56,414 nt of DNA. It comes from Prorocentrum cordatum (taxonomy: Eukaryota). The stretch lies in contig CAUYUJ010000091.1 in the NCBI GenBank assembly GCA_963575745.1, positions 62,001 to 118,414 of the forward strand, written 5' to 3'. The position numbers were made by a program, and so were the translations under genes. This document shows, in pieces, positions 13,399 to 26,735 of this stretch (position 1 is its first letter; every line of letters starts with the position of its first letter). The notes beneath the pieces are model-generated. The model saw only the letters and a list, made by a program, of their open reading frames with translations, was not told the origin of the DNA and did no database searches.

Positions 13399-14535
13399 AT
13401 TTGGGTCCGCGCGTGGCGTCACTGCGCTGGGCCCCCCAGCAGGCCTCGAAAGTGGCGACAGTTTCACAGATCGCAGCCCCCCCCAGGGATGGCGAGGTCT
13501 AATTTGAATCTGCGTGTGGCGTCACTGTGCTGGGCCCCCCCAGCAGGCCTCGAAAGTGGCGACAGTTTCACAGATCGCAGCCTCCCAGGGATGGCGAGGT
13601 CTAATTTGAATCCGCGCGTGGCGTCGCTGTGCTGGGCCCCCCAGCAGGCCTCGAAAGTGGCGACAGTTTCACAGATCGCAGCCCCCCAGGGATGGCGAGG
13701 TCTAATTTGGGTCCGCCCGTGGCGTCACGGTGCTGGGCCCCCCAGCAGGCCTCGAAAGTGGCGACAGTTTCACAGATCGCAGCCCCCCAGGGATGGCGAG
13801 GTCTAATTCGAATCTGCGTGTGGCGTCACTGTGCTGGTCCCCCCAGCAGGCCGCGAAAGTGGCGACAGTTTCACAGATCGCAGCCCCCCAGGGATGGCGA
13901 GGTCTAATTTGAGTCTGCGGTGTGTACCCACTGTGCTGGGCCCCCCAGCAGCCTTCGAAAGTGGCGACAGTTTCACAGATCGCAGCCCGCCCCAGGGATG
14001 GCGCGGGTCTAATTTTTGGGTCAAAACAAGCGCGCGTGGCGTCACGGTGCTTGGGGCCCCCCAGCAGTCCTCGAAAGTGGCGACAGTTTCACAGATCGTA
14101 GATCGGAAGGGGACGCGAGGTCTAATTTGGGTCCGCGCGTGGCGTCACTGTGCTGGGCCCCCCAGCAGGCCTCGAAAGTGGCGACAGTTTCACAGATCGT
14201 AGCTCCCCAGGGACGGCGAGGTCTAATTTGGGTCCGCGCGTGGCGTCACTGTGCTGGGCCCTCCAGCAGGCCTCGAACGTGGCGACAGTTTCACAGATCG
14301 CAGCCCCCCAGGGATGGCGAGGTCTAATTTGTGTCCGCGCGTGGCGTCACTGTGCTGGCCCCCCAGCAGGCCTCGAAGTGCGACAGTTTTTTTTTTTTTT
14401 TTTGTCAAAAAAAAAACAGATCGCAGCCCCCCAGGGATGGCGAGGTCTAATTTGTGTCCGCGCGTGGCGTCACTGTGCTGGGCCCCCCAGCAAGCCTCGA
14501 AAGTGGCGACAGTTTCACAAATCGCAGCCCCCCGC
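13399..14535. repeat. ~101 bp tandem satellite, about 11 copies; a detached half-unit lies at ~11976-12006
   Basis: CAGATCGCAGCCCCCCAGGGATGGCGAGGTCTAATT..CTCGAAAGTGGCGACAGTTTCA recurs at ~13467, 13571, 13672, 13773, 13874 and onward. Confidence 0.95.
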
Positions 14536-15919
14536 AAGCAAGACAGGAGGAGGCAAGAGGGAGACGGGACGGGAAGGAGGAAGTGGAGACCACTTTGCTC
14601 TATTCAAAACGAATACCCAATCAAGGAGGGTTGGGACAAATACTAATTATCCCCCCCCCGAAAGAATATTAGGGTTGCACGAAGTGTAATTCGGAAAACG
14701 CCAGCCCGTCGGGTTTGGCAGTGTTCCTGTAAGACGGCGGCCAGCTGGGGGAGGAGGGGGCGGAGGATGGGGCAGGCTGAGGGGGAGGAGGAGGAGGAGG
14801 AGGAGGAGGAGGAGGAGGAGGAGGAGGAGGAGGAGGAGGAGCAGCAGCAGGAGGAGGAGGAGGAGGAGGGACAACTGGAGGAGGAGGAGGAGGAGAACAC
14901 CGAGGAGGAGAAGGAGGAGGACCGGGAATGGAAAGGGAAAAGAAAGGACCCGCGGGGGATACGATGATGATGAGATACTGATGATGATGAATGATGATGA
15001 TGAATGATGATGGAATGAAAATAATGATGTGATTGATCATGATCATAATCATGAATCATGATCATGATGATGATGACGATGGTGATGATGATGATGATGA
15101 TGATGATGATTATGATGAATGAGATGATGATGATGCTGATGATGATGACGATGACGATGACGATGACGATGATGACTATGAGGAGGATGAGGAGGACGAG
15201 GAAGAGGAGGAGGCAAAAGGAAGAAGAGGAGGAGGGAGAGGGGCGGGAATAAATGGAGGCGAAAGGGAGGGCGATGGCTCCAGGAACTGGGCGGCCAAAG
15301 GGGGGAAGGGGGGGGGCTTCCAAAGCCCCCCCCTTTGCACCAAGGGACGGGAGGGGGGGGCTTTCCAAGCACCCTCCCCTTTTCAAGGGGTGGGGGTAGC
15401 TCACCCACAGCCCATTAAAGGATGGGAGGGGTGGGGTAGCTTGGAAAGCCGCCCCCCCCCCCCTTTCCGGCCACGCAAAGGGGAGGGGGGGTACTTCCCC
15501 AAGCTCCCCCCCCTTTCAAAGGGGGGGGGTGGCTCACAACCCGGCTCAATTAAAGGGAGGGGAGTGAGGGGGTAGCTTTGAAGCCCCCCCCCCCCTTTCC
15601 GAACCACGAAAAGGGGGGGGGGAGGGGGGGAGGGCTTCCGAAGCCCCCCCCCCTTTTAGCAAGGAAGGGGGGAGGGGGGTAGCTTGAAGCTGGGGCCCCC
15701 CTTTTAGTCTATCGGGCCCCACGCGCGCGCTCTATCGTATGTATGTATGTATGTATGTATGTATGTATCTATGTATGTATGTATGTATGTATGTATGTAT
15801 GTATGTATGTATGTGTGTATGTATGCATGCATGCATGCATGCATGCATGCATGCATGCATGCATGCATGTATGTATGTATGTATGTGTGTGTGTGTGTAT
15901 GTATGTATGTATACATCTG

Positions 15920-17130
15920 CGGGCGAAAGGGGATCGGGGCCGCCAGGCAGGTACCTCTGTCCCCCATGGCCGACCCGGGGCTCCGGGAGCGCTCCTTTTC
16001 GGGCCAAGAGGCGGCCAAGACGTGCCCAAGGAGGCACAAGTGGCCCCCAAACCGGTCCTAGACGGCCCCGGGGGGCTCAAAGATCGCCCCTGGACGCTCA
16101 AGACTGCTCCCATTGAGCCCAAGAAGCCGCTACAACGCCCCAAGTTGTTTTCCAAGAGAACCCCAAGCGGCCAAAATCATAGATTTTGCATAGGAAAACG
16201 TACATTTTCAGCATCTACGTCTTTTCGTTCTTCACGGCGTGCTCGAGGGTACAAGAGGCCCCCAGGACGGCCCCAAGACGGCCCAAGAGGCTCCCAACAC
16301 GGCCCAAGAGGAACCCAAGACAGCCCCAGAGGCGGCCAAGGCGTGCTGAAGAGGCGGCCAAGACGTGTCCACGGAGCCCCAACAGGCTCCCAAATCGGTC
16401 CAAGACGGTCCCAGGGCTCGCAAAGATCGCCCTTGGACACCCACGATGGCTCCCATACAGCCCAAGAGGCCGCTACGACGCCCCAGGAGGTTTTCCAAGG
16501 GAGCCCCGAGCGGCCAAAAGCATAGATTGTGCATAGGAAAACATGCATTATTAGCAGCTGCGTCTTTTTGGTGCTCACGGCGTGCAAGACGGTACAAGAG
16601 GCCCTGAAGACGGCCCCAAGAGGCTACCAACACGGCCCAAGACAGCCCGAGGGGCGGCCAAGGCGTGCCCAGAGGGCACCATGAGGCTCCCAAAACGTTC
16701 CATGGCGGCCCCGGAGCGCTCAAAGCTAGCCCTTGGACGCCCACGACGATTCTCACAGTGCCCAAAAGACCGCGAAGACGCTCCAAGAGGCCCCCAAAAG
16801 GCTTCCCAAGAGGGCCCCAAGAGGCCGCAATCATTGATTTTGCGTTGGGAAACGTATTCTTAGCATCTACGACTTGTCGGTCTTCATAGCGGCGGCGAAG
16901 GTACAAGAGGCCCCCAAGAGAGTCCCAAAACGGCCCGAGAGGCTCCAAAGACGTCCCGAGAGGGGGCCAAGACACCCCAAGAGGTCCCCAATACGACCTA
17001 GTAGAGCTCCAAGACGGCTCCAAGAGGAGCCCAAGACTGGGAGCCCGAACCGAAAATCCGACCCTTCCGCCCCAAGAAGGTCCCAGGAGGCCCCGAAGAG
17101 GCTCCAAGAGGCGCCCAAGAGATCCCCCCA
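15920..17130. repeat. Diverged ~330-350 bp tandem units rich in GGCCCCAAGA; related opposite-strand copies at ~19980-20420, 20990-21600 and 29450-29625
   Basis: Recurring anchor AATCATAGATT(T/G)TGCATAGGAAAAC at ~16177 and ~16518, degenerate at ~16829. Confidence 0.7.
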
Positions 17131-18522
17131 ATAGGCTAAACCCAGAGAGCAGCGCGAGCGCTAAGGACCATAAGCAGCGCGAGCGCTAAGGACGAGCTCT
17201 GTTATCTTTGTTCGAGTCTTCCGTCGACCTTTTTTTTTCTGACGCGTTTCGACGAAGATTGGCTCGATTTGTCCTTGACCCCGGCTAGAACCAAAGCGCG
17301 CGCGAAGCGCGCGCGATGGTTGTAGTATTTATGCATGTATGTAAGTAAGTATGTATGTATGTTTGCATGTGTGTATGAATGCATGTTTGCCTGTATGTAT
17401 GTGTGTGTATGCATGCATGCACGCATGCATGCAATCATGCACGTATGCTTGCATGTATGTTGATATGTATGTATGTATGTAGACCTAGTGGTCTATACGC
17501 GTGTATATACATAGAGAGAGAGAGAGAAAGAATTGTCTGTCATTCACCGTGGGTAGTTCACGCGTGTATATACACATTCTAGATCTTTACATAAAACATC
17601 CCCCACACAGTGCTTGCGTGTAACCTCTGTGGGCTTTACTAGATTGGGCTGGTGCCCGCCTCGTGGGCTCCTCGTGGGCCCTCCGCTCTCTCGGGGGGGG
17701 GGCGAAGCTTCGCCTCTGGTGCCCGCACAATGGGGGGGGGCGCGTGGGCGCCCCGCTCGTTGGGGAGGGGGGGTACGAGTTGTGCCGAGGTTTCGCCTGG
17801 TGCCTGCCCGCGGGCGCCTCGTGGGCGCCTCCATGGCTCGAGCCACGCAGATTCTCTTTTGGAAAACAAAATAGGATCTACCCCCCCCTCCTGGCGTTAT
17901 CGCCCCCCCCTTTTCGGATATGTAAATCACATACGATTCTGACCACATGTCCACCCGAAATATGAATTTACACTATCCCAGGCCAAGTGGTATCCCCCCC
18001 GAGGTTCTTTTTGTAAGTAACGCTATGCGGTGACATTTTCTGCTCTAGCATAAGATTTGTTTCGCGAGTCCTTTTTACAAAAAAATGAGACGAAATGCGT
18101 GCGCGCGCCGCCGCGCGCGCATGCCGAAATCCTTCAAAAACCTTCGCTGATGGAAGGATTTCGCAATCGAGTTTCCAAAACACATACAAAAACAAAAGGT
18201 TTCGCAACACGGATTTGCGAAAAAAACTTCCGCGCGAGCTCGTGCGAAGTCATCGGAAAACCATAGGTTTTCAATCCAAACGGGCGTCGCGCGCGCGCAT
18301 GTCGAAATCTGTCGACCGCGTTTGCGCGTGCGCCGTCGCGAGAATCCTCTGCAAAATACGGAACGAAATGCAGACGCGCGCGTCGTCGCGTGCGTATGCC
18401 GAAAACCTTCAAAACCCATCGGTTTCGTAAGGATTTGAAAAATCGTGTCTCAAAAAAACAGTACAAAACCACAAGGTTTCGCAACACGGGTTTTCAACAA
18501 AAGCGTGCGCTCGCGCTCTTGC

Positions 18523-19135
18523 GTCGTCGTCGTCGTCGTCCTCCCTCTTCCCTTGTCGTCGTCGTCGTCGCCGTCGCCGTCGTCGTCTTCTGTCTTTCCT
18601 CGTCGTCGTCGTCGTCTTGGCGTCGTCGTCGCTTCCGTCGTCGTTGTCGCCGTGGTCGTCTTTCCTCCCTCGTCGTCTTCGTCGGCGTTTCGTCGTTCTC
18701 CCTCCTATTTCGTCGCCGTCGTCGTCGACGTCGTCTTCACTCCTCCCTCGTCGTTATCCTCCTCCCTCGTCGTCGTCGTCCGTCGTCGGCGTCTCGTAGT
18801 CGTCCCTCCTATTTCGTCGCCGTCGTCGTCGTCTTCGTCGTCGTTGTCGTCGTCGTCGTCTTCCCTCCTCCCTCGTCGTTGTCGTCGTCGGCGTCGCCGT
18901 CCTTCCTCCTTCTTCGTCGTTCGCGTCGTCGCCGTCTTCCCTCATCCATCGTCGTTGTCGTCGTTGTCGCCGTCGTCGTCCTCCTTCCTCCCTTGTCGTC
19001 GTCTTCGTTGGCGACGTCGTCGTCGTCGTCGGCGTCGTCGTCGTCGTCGACGTCGACGTCGGCGGTGTCGTCGTAGTCGGTGTCGGCGGCGACGTCGTCG
19101 TCGTCGTCGCTGTCGTCGTCGGCGTCGGTGTCGTG
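18523..19135. repeat. (GTC)n-based degenerate microsatellite
   Basis: Directly visible. Confidence 0.9.
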
Positions 19136-19606
19136 GCCAAGTGCCATGTGGTACCTACCGTCACGGTCTTGTCTTAAGAAGTCTTGCGACCAAGTTGCGG
19201 GTGGGTGGGGGGGATGTTTGCGCGAGCAGTGGAGGTGGTCGGGCGCGGTGCAGGGTAGTCAATTGCACCACATAGCTTGCACCACATTTTTCTTCCTCCT
19301 CTCATCTTCCTCCTCCTCCTCGTCCTCCTCCTCTTCCTCCTCCTCCCCCTCCTCCTCCTCCTCCTCCCCCTCGTCGTCCTCCTCCTCCTCTTCCTCCTCC
19401 TCCTCCTCCTCGTCCCCCTCCCTTCGTGGGCTCGAACCACATAGCTTGCGCCACGCAGATTGCACCGGGTAGTTTGCACCACATCGCTTGCGCCCCACAG
19501 CTTCGACCAAATGTGTGCACCACATAGCTTGCACACCAGTGCGGCACTTGGGGTCCATGCTGGCTAACAGGCGCACGCGCATGTTCGAACATACGTGTAG
19601 ATGTGT

Positions 19607-19641
<35 letters not shown>

Positions 19642-20787
19642 CACGTTGGAGTTTAATCGTCTGGCTTGGAATCCATTGGCTCACGATCGATTGAATTGCA
19701 GTCGATCGGATTGTAATCGGTTGGATTGCAATCGTTTGGAAGGCAATAGTCTGCGTTGCAGTGGATCTGATCGCAGTCGATTGGACTCCATTCCAATGGA
19801 CTGCAATCGATTGGAATGTAAGCGACTGAGAAGACTGGGTGAACAGCAAGAGAAGGAAGAAGAGCAGGAGGAGGACTAAGAACAGGATGACGCATCCCCC
19901 CTCCCCCCAGTCCGTTGTTTGGGGGTGCTTTGGGGGGGGTTAAAGTCATCCAGGTTTTTCGTTGGGATATCGTGGGAGGCCTCGCGGAAGGCTCGAATTG
20001 TCCGTTCGTGTTCCTTCTCTTGGGCTCCTCTTGGGGCAGTCTGAGGGGCTCTCGTGGGCCGTCTTGGGTGCTTCTGGGGCCGCGTTGGGGCCATCTTGGG
20101 CCGTCTTGGGCCCATATGTGGGGCTTCTTGGGCCGTCGTGGGGCGATCGTGAAGGCCTCTTGCGCCATCCTGGAGCTTGGGAAGCCCGAGCATGCGAGAA
20201 CGCGAAACACATTGAACAGCACAAGTAGCATACGTGATTGTTTCATCTTGGGGCCCTCTTGGAGTTCCTCTTGAAGCGCTCTTGGGGCTTCTGTGGGACA
20301 TGTGGGGCCGTCTTGTGGCCATATGGGTGTCTTCGGGCGCTCTTGGGCCGTCATGGAGGCCTCTCGGGTCCTCCTGGGTGCTTCTTGGAGCCGTCCTGGC
20401 CCGCTTGGGGGCCCTCGGGTTCATAAAGCATGAGCAGTGGGAGCAGAGCGGCGCGCTGCCAACGTGAGGAGAGGCAGTGAACGAGCACATGCTCTGAGGC
20501 CAAGTCGCAGAGCGGCGCTCTGCTAATCACGAAGCAGGATGGGGAACCCTACCTTGAGGCAAATTAGCAGAGCAGCGCCCTGCGAATGAGGGAAGGAGTA
20601 TCGAGTGCGTACGCGTTGGGGCAAAATTAGCAGAGCGCCGCTCTGCGAATTTCGAGCCCGAACGGTCGGAGAATGTGGGGCCCCAGCTCCTAAACTATGA
20701 GAACCGGGAAATCTGGACAGAGAACACATGACACCTGGGGGGACTTCTCCTCGCGCCTCCCGGCGCGGTGGCGGCACACACACACAC

Positions 20788-20857
<70 letters not shown>

Positions 20858-20923
20858 CCTCCCGCCCGCCCGCACGCACGCACGCACGCACGCACGCATT
20901 CACGCACATGCACACACAGACAC

Positions 20924-20971
<48 letters not shown>

Positions 20972-21942
20972 TTCATGTCAGAGTTCTCAGGAAGGCGTCG
21001 TGGGGTCTCTTCGAGCTCCTTCCGCGGATTCTAAGGGGCAGTTTGGGGTCATCTGGGGGGCGTCCTGGGGACCTCTTGGGGGCCCCTTGCGGCCTCTTGA
21101 GGGCCTCTTGCGGCTTCTTGGGGGTCCCTGGGAGCTTCCTCGGGGCCGCAGGCTCGAAATGTCCGTTCGGGTCCCCCCATTTGTGCCCCCTCTCGGGGCC
21201 GTCTTTGGGGCCTCTTGGGGCGTCTTGGGCACCTCTGGGACCGTTTTGGGGCCTTCTTGTGCAATGTAGGGGCCTTCTTGGACGCCTCCTGGGCCGTCTT
21301 GGGGCGATCTTGGGGGCCTCTAGGGTCGTTAGGGAGCGTCGAAAAGGCGGGAACGCCAAGCGCCTTCAGAAACCAGATGGAGTTCAATGATGTTGGCCTC
21401 TGGGGCCTTGGGAGGCCTCTTGAGGCGTCATGCAGGCCTCTTGGGCCGTCTGGGGGCCATCTTGAGCGTCTTGGAGCGATCGTTCGGCGACTCGGGGCCC
21501 TATCGGACCGTCCTCGGGGCGTCTTGGGGTCCCTTTGGCTCTTCTGGGGGACCTTTGGGGCCCGAAAACGTCACGCGACAAGACAACCGGGGCACGCTCC
21601 AAGCCCTAAGAGATTTGAGAATTTGGGGCCTGGGCCCCCTCAAGACTTCTCAGGGGTGTGAGCCGCGGCTCAAAGGATGCGCCAAATAGGCTTGCGTACC
21701 TATGCTTATATTAAGATGTGTAGTATACGTACGTATCCTTAGATGTTTATAGATGTATATCTAGAAACCTCTATATGTCTGCATGTTTGCGTCTTTGTGT
21801 ATATATATATATGTTTATTGTATATATTCGTACAGTTACTAACCAGTATGTGCATCCACCTATACATAAACATACATGAGTTGTGTGTATATGTATACGT
21901 ATCTATCTGTAGATCTAGATTGCGATCTCTTTCTTCGCGCAG

Positions 21943-22052
21943 GTGGCCAAGAGCTATGTGCAGTCCAAGGAGGCGCCCGCGAAGGAGATCCTCACGGATG
22001 TCAACGAGCTCTCCAAGGGCATACAGCACCCGCTGCGCGGGCTCTTCCTGAG
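21943..22052 (+). CDS. VPS35: VPS35 exon: VAKSYVQSKEAPAKEILTDVNELSKGIQHPLRGLFL(R)
   Basis: Conserved G.QHPLRGLFLR motif. Pyrimidine-rich acceptor gcAG|G, GC donor at 22053, phase 2 (AG|G = Arg). Confidence 0.95.
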
Positions 22053-25000
22053 GCGACCGGGCGGCCGCATGTGGGGGGAGGCCTGGCCGGGAGCTGGTCG
22101 GGGAAGGGCGCCTCCTGCCTTACAGGAGGGTCAAATACCCATACAGCGGAGGCCCGTGCCAACAAACACCTTGCTTGCCTCCAGCGTGCCCTGTGTTCTT
22201 TGGTTTTCGGTGGTTTTGCCATGGAAAGCGTTGACGTTCCCGCACCCAAAAATCCATGGACATCCTGGGGTCTCAGAGCTGGGTTTCTTGTGGAGTTCTT
22301 TGTGGACTACCCTCCACTGTCTGGCTGCGTTTCCATCGTTTTCCTTCTCAGAGGGGGTCTGGCCTGGGGCCCCGGGGCGGGTCGGGGAAGGGCGCCTCCA
22401 GCTTCACAGGAAGAACACGTACCCATACGGCTAACTATCCCTCGGTTTCCTCCGGGAGGCTCTCGTTGCCAACGCTGGATTCGCCTCGACAATTCTTGGT
22501 CAGGACGCACCCCGGGAGAGGTCTTGGGAGTAGCGGTCTGGGTACATTCTAGTTCCCCCAAAGCGCGGGTCGGGGAAGGGCGTTTCCTGCCTTCCCATTT
22601 CGCCGTGCGACGCCAGCTGCTCTTTTTCGTCGTCGTTCTCCTCCTCCTCCATCTCCTCCTCCTCCTCCTCCTCCTCCTCCTCCTCCTCCTCCTCCTCCTC
22701 CCTCCTCCCCTTCCTCCTCCTCCTCCTCCTCCTCCTCCTCCTCCTCCTCTCTCTCTCTCCCGTCCTCCTCCTCCTCCTGTTCCTGTTCCTCCTCCTCTCC
22801 CCCCTCCTCCTCCTCCTCCTCCCTCTCCTTCCCCCTTCCTCCTCCTCCTCCTCTCCTCCTCCTCCTCCTCCTCCTCCTCCTCCTCCTCCTCCTCCTCCTC
22901 CTCCTCCTCCTCTTCCTCTTCTGAAAAGGGGGCTGCAGCTTCTGGTTGGGCGTCCAACCAGGCACAGCCTCTTCTCGGGCGGCGCGGGGTCCAGGACACA
23001 GCCAGCGGGGCTCTCCATCTGGTGTGCCTCGCTCTGGACAAAGCCTCCCGTCGGGCGACACGGTGTCTGGTCGGAGCCAACGCGGTTTCATCCGGTGGGC
23101 CTCCACTTGGACAGCGTCTCCTCAAGCAGTGGCGAAGCATCCTGTCTCGCCTTTAGGCCCACCAAAGTTCAAAGAAGCTGTTGTGGTTGACCTGATGAAC
23201 AGAAGGCTCGGAAGTCTCCCGGCCTTCTGAGAAGTTCTCGAAGCCTGCCACGAATTACACAAAAAAACATTCTCAGGAGACGCGAGGGAAGCCCCGCCGC
23301 CTTCTGAGAAGGCCCTCTCCTTCTCACTTCCCCCCCTCGCTCGCCGCCAACCGCAGCTTGAGCCCCCAGCTCCTCGGTGGGCCCTCTGAGGCACATGGCA
23401 GATGGCAAGTGGCTCGAGCCCTCTGTGGGGCCTCTGAGGCAAATGGCCTCTGTGGGCACCGTCCCCAGTTCTGCCGCCCACGTCCTCTTAGGGTGGGGCT
23501 CTCTCAGGTCCTCCAGGGTGGGGCTCGCTCGGGCCTCCCAGGGTGGGGCGCTCTCGGGTCCTCGGCGGTGAAGTTCCTGAGGCGATGCTGTCACGCGATG
23601 CTGCTCGCATTCTTCGTAATGCTGTCCCACTGTCGATTTTACCACGAGGGCAGACGTAGCGATCGCAAGGCAGGCGGGCACGTTGGCAGCTATGTCGTCC
23701 GACGGCCCCCCCCCACCCCCTGCACAGGCAGCCATGCAGCTCCTCTCAACAGGGCGAAATTCCAAGGGCGATTCGGATGTTGAAAGGGGCGCCCACATCA
23801 GGGCTTGTTTCGATTCGTGCGAATCGATTCGACTTCGATGGCTTCCGATTCCGATTCGAGTTGACTTGGGATTTCGATTTGGGTTCCGATTTCTTGTTGG
23901 AGACATACTCGTTTGCCGATGTCCGCCGATTTAATTTTTACCAACTTGGCTGCCGATTTCCGCCGATCCAACGCATGTTGATCGCCGATCCCACTCGTCG
24001 TTTCGATTCTTGGCTCTCCTGGCCCACATCTCGAGCGAGGGCCAGTGGCAGAGAGGGGGCAGCGAGGGGAGGAAGGGAGGGAGGCGATGGGGACGGGGCG
24101 CAGCTCCCCTGTACTTGGCATCGCTCGGGCGTTTCGCATCCTCTTCTCCGCACACGGCATCTGCCGCGTGGCCGCCGACGCCCGTTTTTGGTGCATCTAT
24201 CAGCTTATTCCGGAATGCACCTCCTCCTCCTCCTCCTCCTCCTCCTCCTCCTTCTCCCCCTCCTCCTCCCCCTCCTCCTCCTCGGAGTGCAGGGTCACCG
24301 GCGCGGTATTTGACCCCTACTCGCACGGTGCTGCGCTGCATGCGCTTTCCTCCTGGGGCGCCCCGGCAGGCATGGGCCCGAGGCGTGCGCGGCACTGCAA
24401 AGGGCGGGCCGGTCTCTCGGACGGCCCCGCGTCCGAGGACCATCGGGGAGAATCCTGCACCGCCTGGGCGAAAGCGAGAGCACGCACGAGGCCGAACACG
24501 TGCACGGGGAGCGGACGTCCGAGCGATGGCAGGTGTGGTGTCCCCCTGGAGGGAGAGCGCGCGATTCTATCTTCGCGTGGCGTGCCCCCCGCGCCATCTG
24601 CCGAGGCGCTCCTGGTGCGGCCCCTCCCTCCGAATCGTGCCTGGGTCACCCGCGGGGTCCGCGAAGGAATCCGCGCTGCGGGGGTCTGCGCTCGAGAGGC
24701 GCTTTTTTGTTCTGCGGGGGGGGGGGGGGCGACACGAGGGCGCGGAGACCACTGAGCGACGCAAAAAAACGGGGCCGTCTTCGCCGACGCTGGCGCGCAA
24801 GCTGCCCGCTGGTTAGGGTCGCGCGTGAGCTCTCCCGCTTCCAGCGCAGCGTGCCGCGCTGGCGGCCCGCGTAAGCCACCGCGTCAGGTCGCTGCAGTCG
24901 GGGTTATGAGCTGCTGTGCAGTTTGCCTCTGGTTTTCCTTCGGTCTTCGAGGGGGAACCGAAGCTGAAGTTATGGAGGAAAGCGGCCTCGTTCCTTCTTT

Positions 25001-26464
25001 GTCGTTCCTCTTAGTGGGCCCTGGAAAAGACATGACCGTGTTTGTTACCGGTTCCGTTTTGCCGTTTGTGTTGCTTGTTCCGACGCAGTTGGTTTACCGG
25101 TTCCGTCGCCGTGTTTCACCGGTCCCTCCTGTCGCCGTTTTTGTTGCCGCTTCCATGTTCAAGAGACGTGTTTGCTTTGCCTCGGAAACGGTAAAAGACG
25201 TTTCTGGGGCCCTCCTAAGTCGGTTTTTCGGTCAACGCCCCAGCTGCGCGTCGTCTCGCGTACAGTCGGGGCCCTGAAGAAGGAACCCTTTTCGTTGGGG
25301 AAGGGCTCGGTGTTCCTTGATTTTTCCTGCGGTTGTTTTCCTGCGGTTTTTGCATCGGAAATCGAGGTTGAGCTTATGGGAAAAAGGGGCCCCGTTCCTT
25401 TTTTAGGGTTCCTTAGGTCAACGCCTCGACTGTAGGCAGGACCCGCTTCCGATCGTCGCCCCGCTGCGCCCTCCGCGCGGCCCGGGAGGCGCGAGGGTGG
25501 GCGGCCGCAGCCTCCCGAACGAGGTATGTGGAGAGATGCACACACAGTGGAGGCCCATGCCAAGAAGCACCTCTTCCCATTCCTCCTCCTCCTCCTCCTC
25601 CTCCTCCTCCTCCTCCTCCTCCTCCTCCCCCATCCTCCTCCATCCTCCTCCTCCTCCTCCTCCTCTCCTCCTCCTCCTCCTCCTCCTCCTCCTCCCCCCT
25701 CCCCCTCCTTCCCTCCTCCTCCTCCTCCTCCTCCTCCTCCTCCTCCTCCTCCTCCTCCTCCTCCTCCTCCTCTCCTCCTCCTCCTCTCCTCCCCTCCTTC
25801 CCCTCCCCCTCCCCCATCCTCCTCCTCCCCCCTCCTCCTCCTCCTCCTCCTCCTCCTCCTCCTCCTCCTCCTTCTCCTTCTCCTGCTTCTTCTTCTCCTT
25901 CTCCTCCACGCGCGCTCCGGCGGCGCCTCCTCCTTTCACCCCCTGCTGCGCGCGCGGGAGGGGTCCCACGACACGATCGACATGGGCACGGCAAGATCGA
26001 TGATCATCAGGATGTGTGTTACAGGGTCCCGTGCCAAGAAACACCCTGCTTGCCTCCAGGGTGCCCTGGGTTTCGATGGTTTTGCGATGGACAGCGCGAC
26101 GCGCCCGCGTCAGAAATCCATGGACGCCCTGGGGTCTCAGGGTTTTGGTTTCTGGTGGAAGGCTTCTTGTGGTAGGGCCACCACTGTATAGAGAGATGTG
26201 CATACCCTGCGCTGGCCTGGCCCAGCGGACTGACGGCCCTCCCCCAGGCAGGTCCGCCTACGATCGGACTCGATCCGATTCGGTTCGCCGGCGGGGGCCA
26301 CGATTCAAGTTCGATGCGATCTGGCTCCGCCCACCAGCCTCGGCCAGGGCCGGCCGGAAGCGGGGCGCGGCCACTTCGATTCCGATTCGGGACGATTCGT
26401 TGGCGATTCGATCAACTCTTGATCCGATCCGATCTCGCGATCCGATCCAGCGCAGATCTGCCAG

Positions 26465-26529
26465 GTACTACATCTCGCAGATGCTCAAGGACAAGGTGCC
26501 CGACACCGGGTCCGAGTTCGAGGGCGAAG
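26465..26529 (+). CDS. VPS35: VPS35 exon: (R)YYISQMLKDKVPDTGSEFEGE(G); 3' end is 26529 (GC donor) or 26532 (GT donor), same phase
   Basis: Matches VPS35 Y..Q..KDK.PD.GSE.EG. Acceptor ccAG|G completes the Arg codon from the previous exon. Confidence 0.9.
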
Positions 26530-26545
26530 GCGGTGCGTCGAGGCC

Positions 26546-26735
26546 TCCTAGATGGGGTCCGAGTAGATGGGGTCGGAGGATCGCGCCGCATCGCCGATGC
26601 ATCCGCGATGCGGCTCGATGTGGAGCCCGTGTGTTCTCCACGCCGACGGCGCTGATGCATCGCTGACGTCGCCGATGCATCGGCGATGCGGCGGCGCGAT
26701 CGTCCGACCCCATCTACTCGGACCCCATCCAGGAG
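26546..26735. mobile_element. ~190 bp palindromic MITE just downstream of a VPS35 exon
   Basis: GATGGGGTCCGAGTAGATGGGGTCGGA at the left end is the exact reverse complement of TCCGACCCCATCTACTCGGACCCCATC at the right end. Confidence 0.8.

Larger units (their letters stand above)
10873..15736. mobile_element. ~4.9 kb composite foldback element with ~500 bp imperfect inverted arms (10873-11372 / 15258-15736), inserted in a (TATG)n tract
   Basis: Left end GAGAGAGCGCGCCCGCAGGGCCCGAG versus reverse complement of right end GATAGAGCGCGCGCGTGGGGCCCGAT. Arms are built of AAGCTACCCCC subrepeats. Inner ends CCCTCCCTTTCGCC / GGCGAAAGGGAGGG. Confidence 0.7.
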
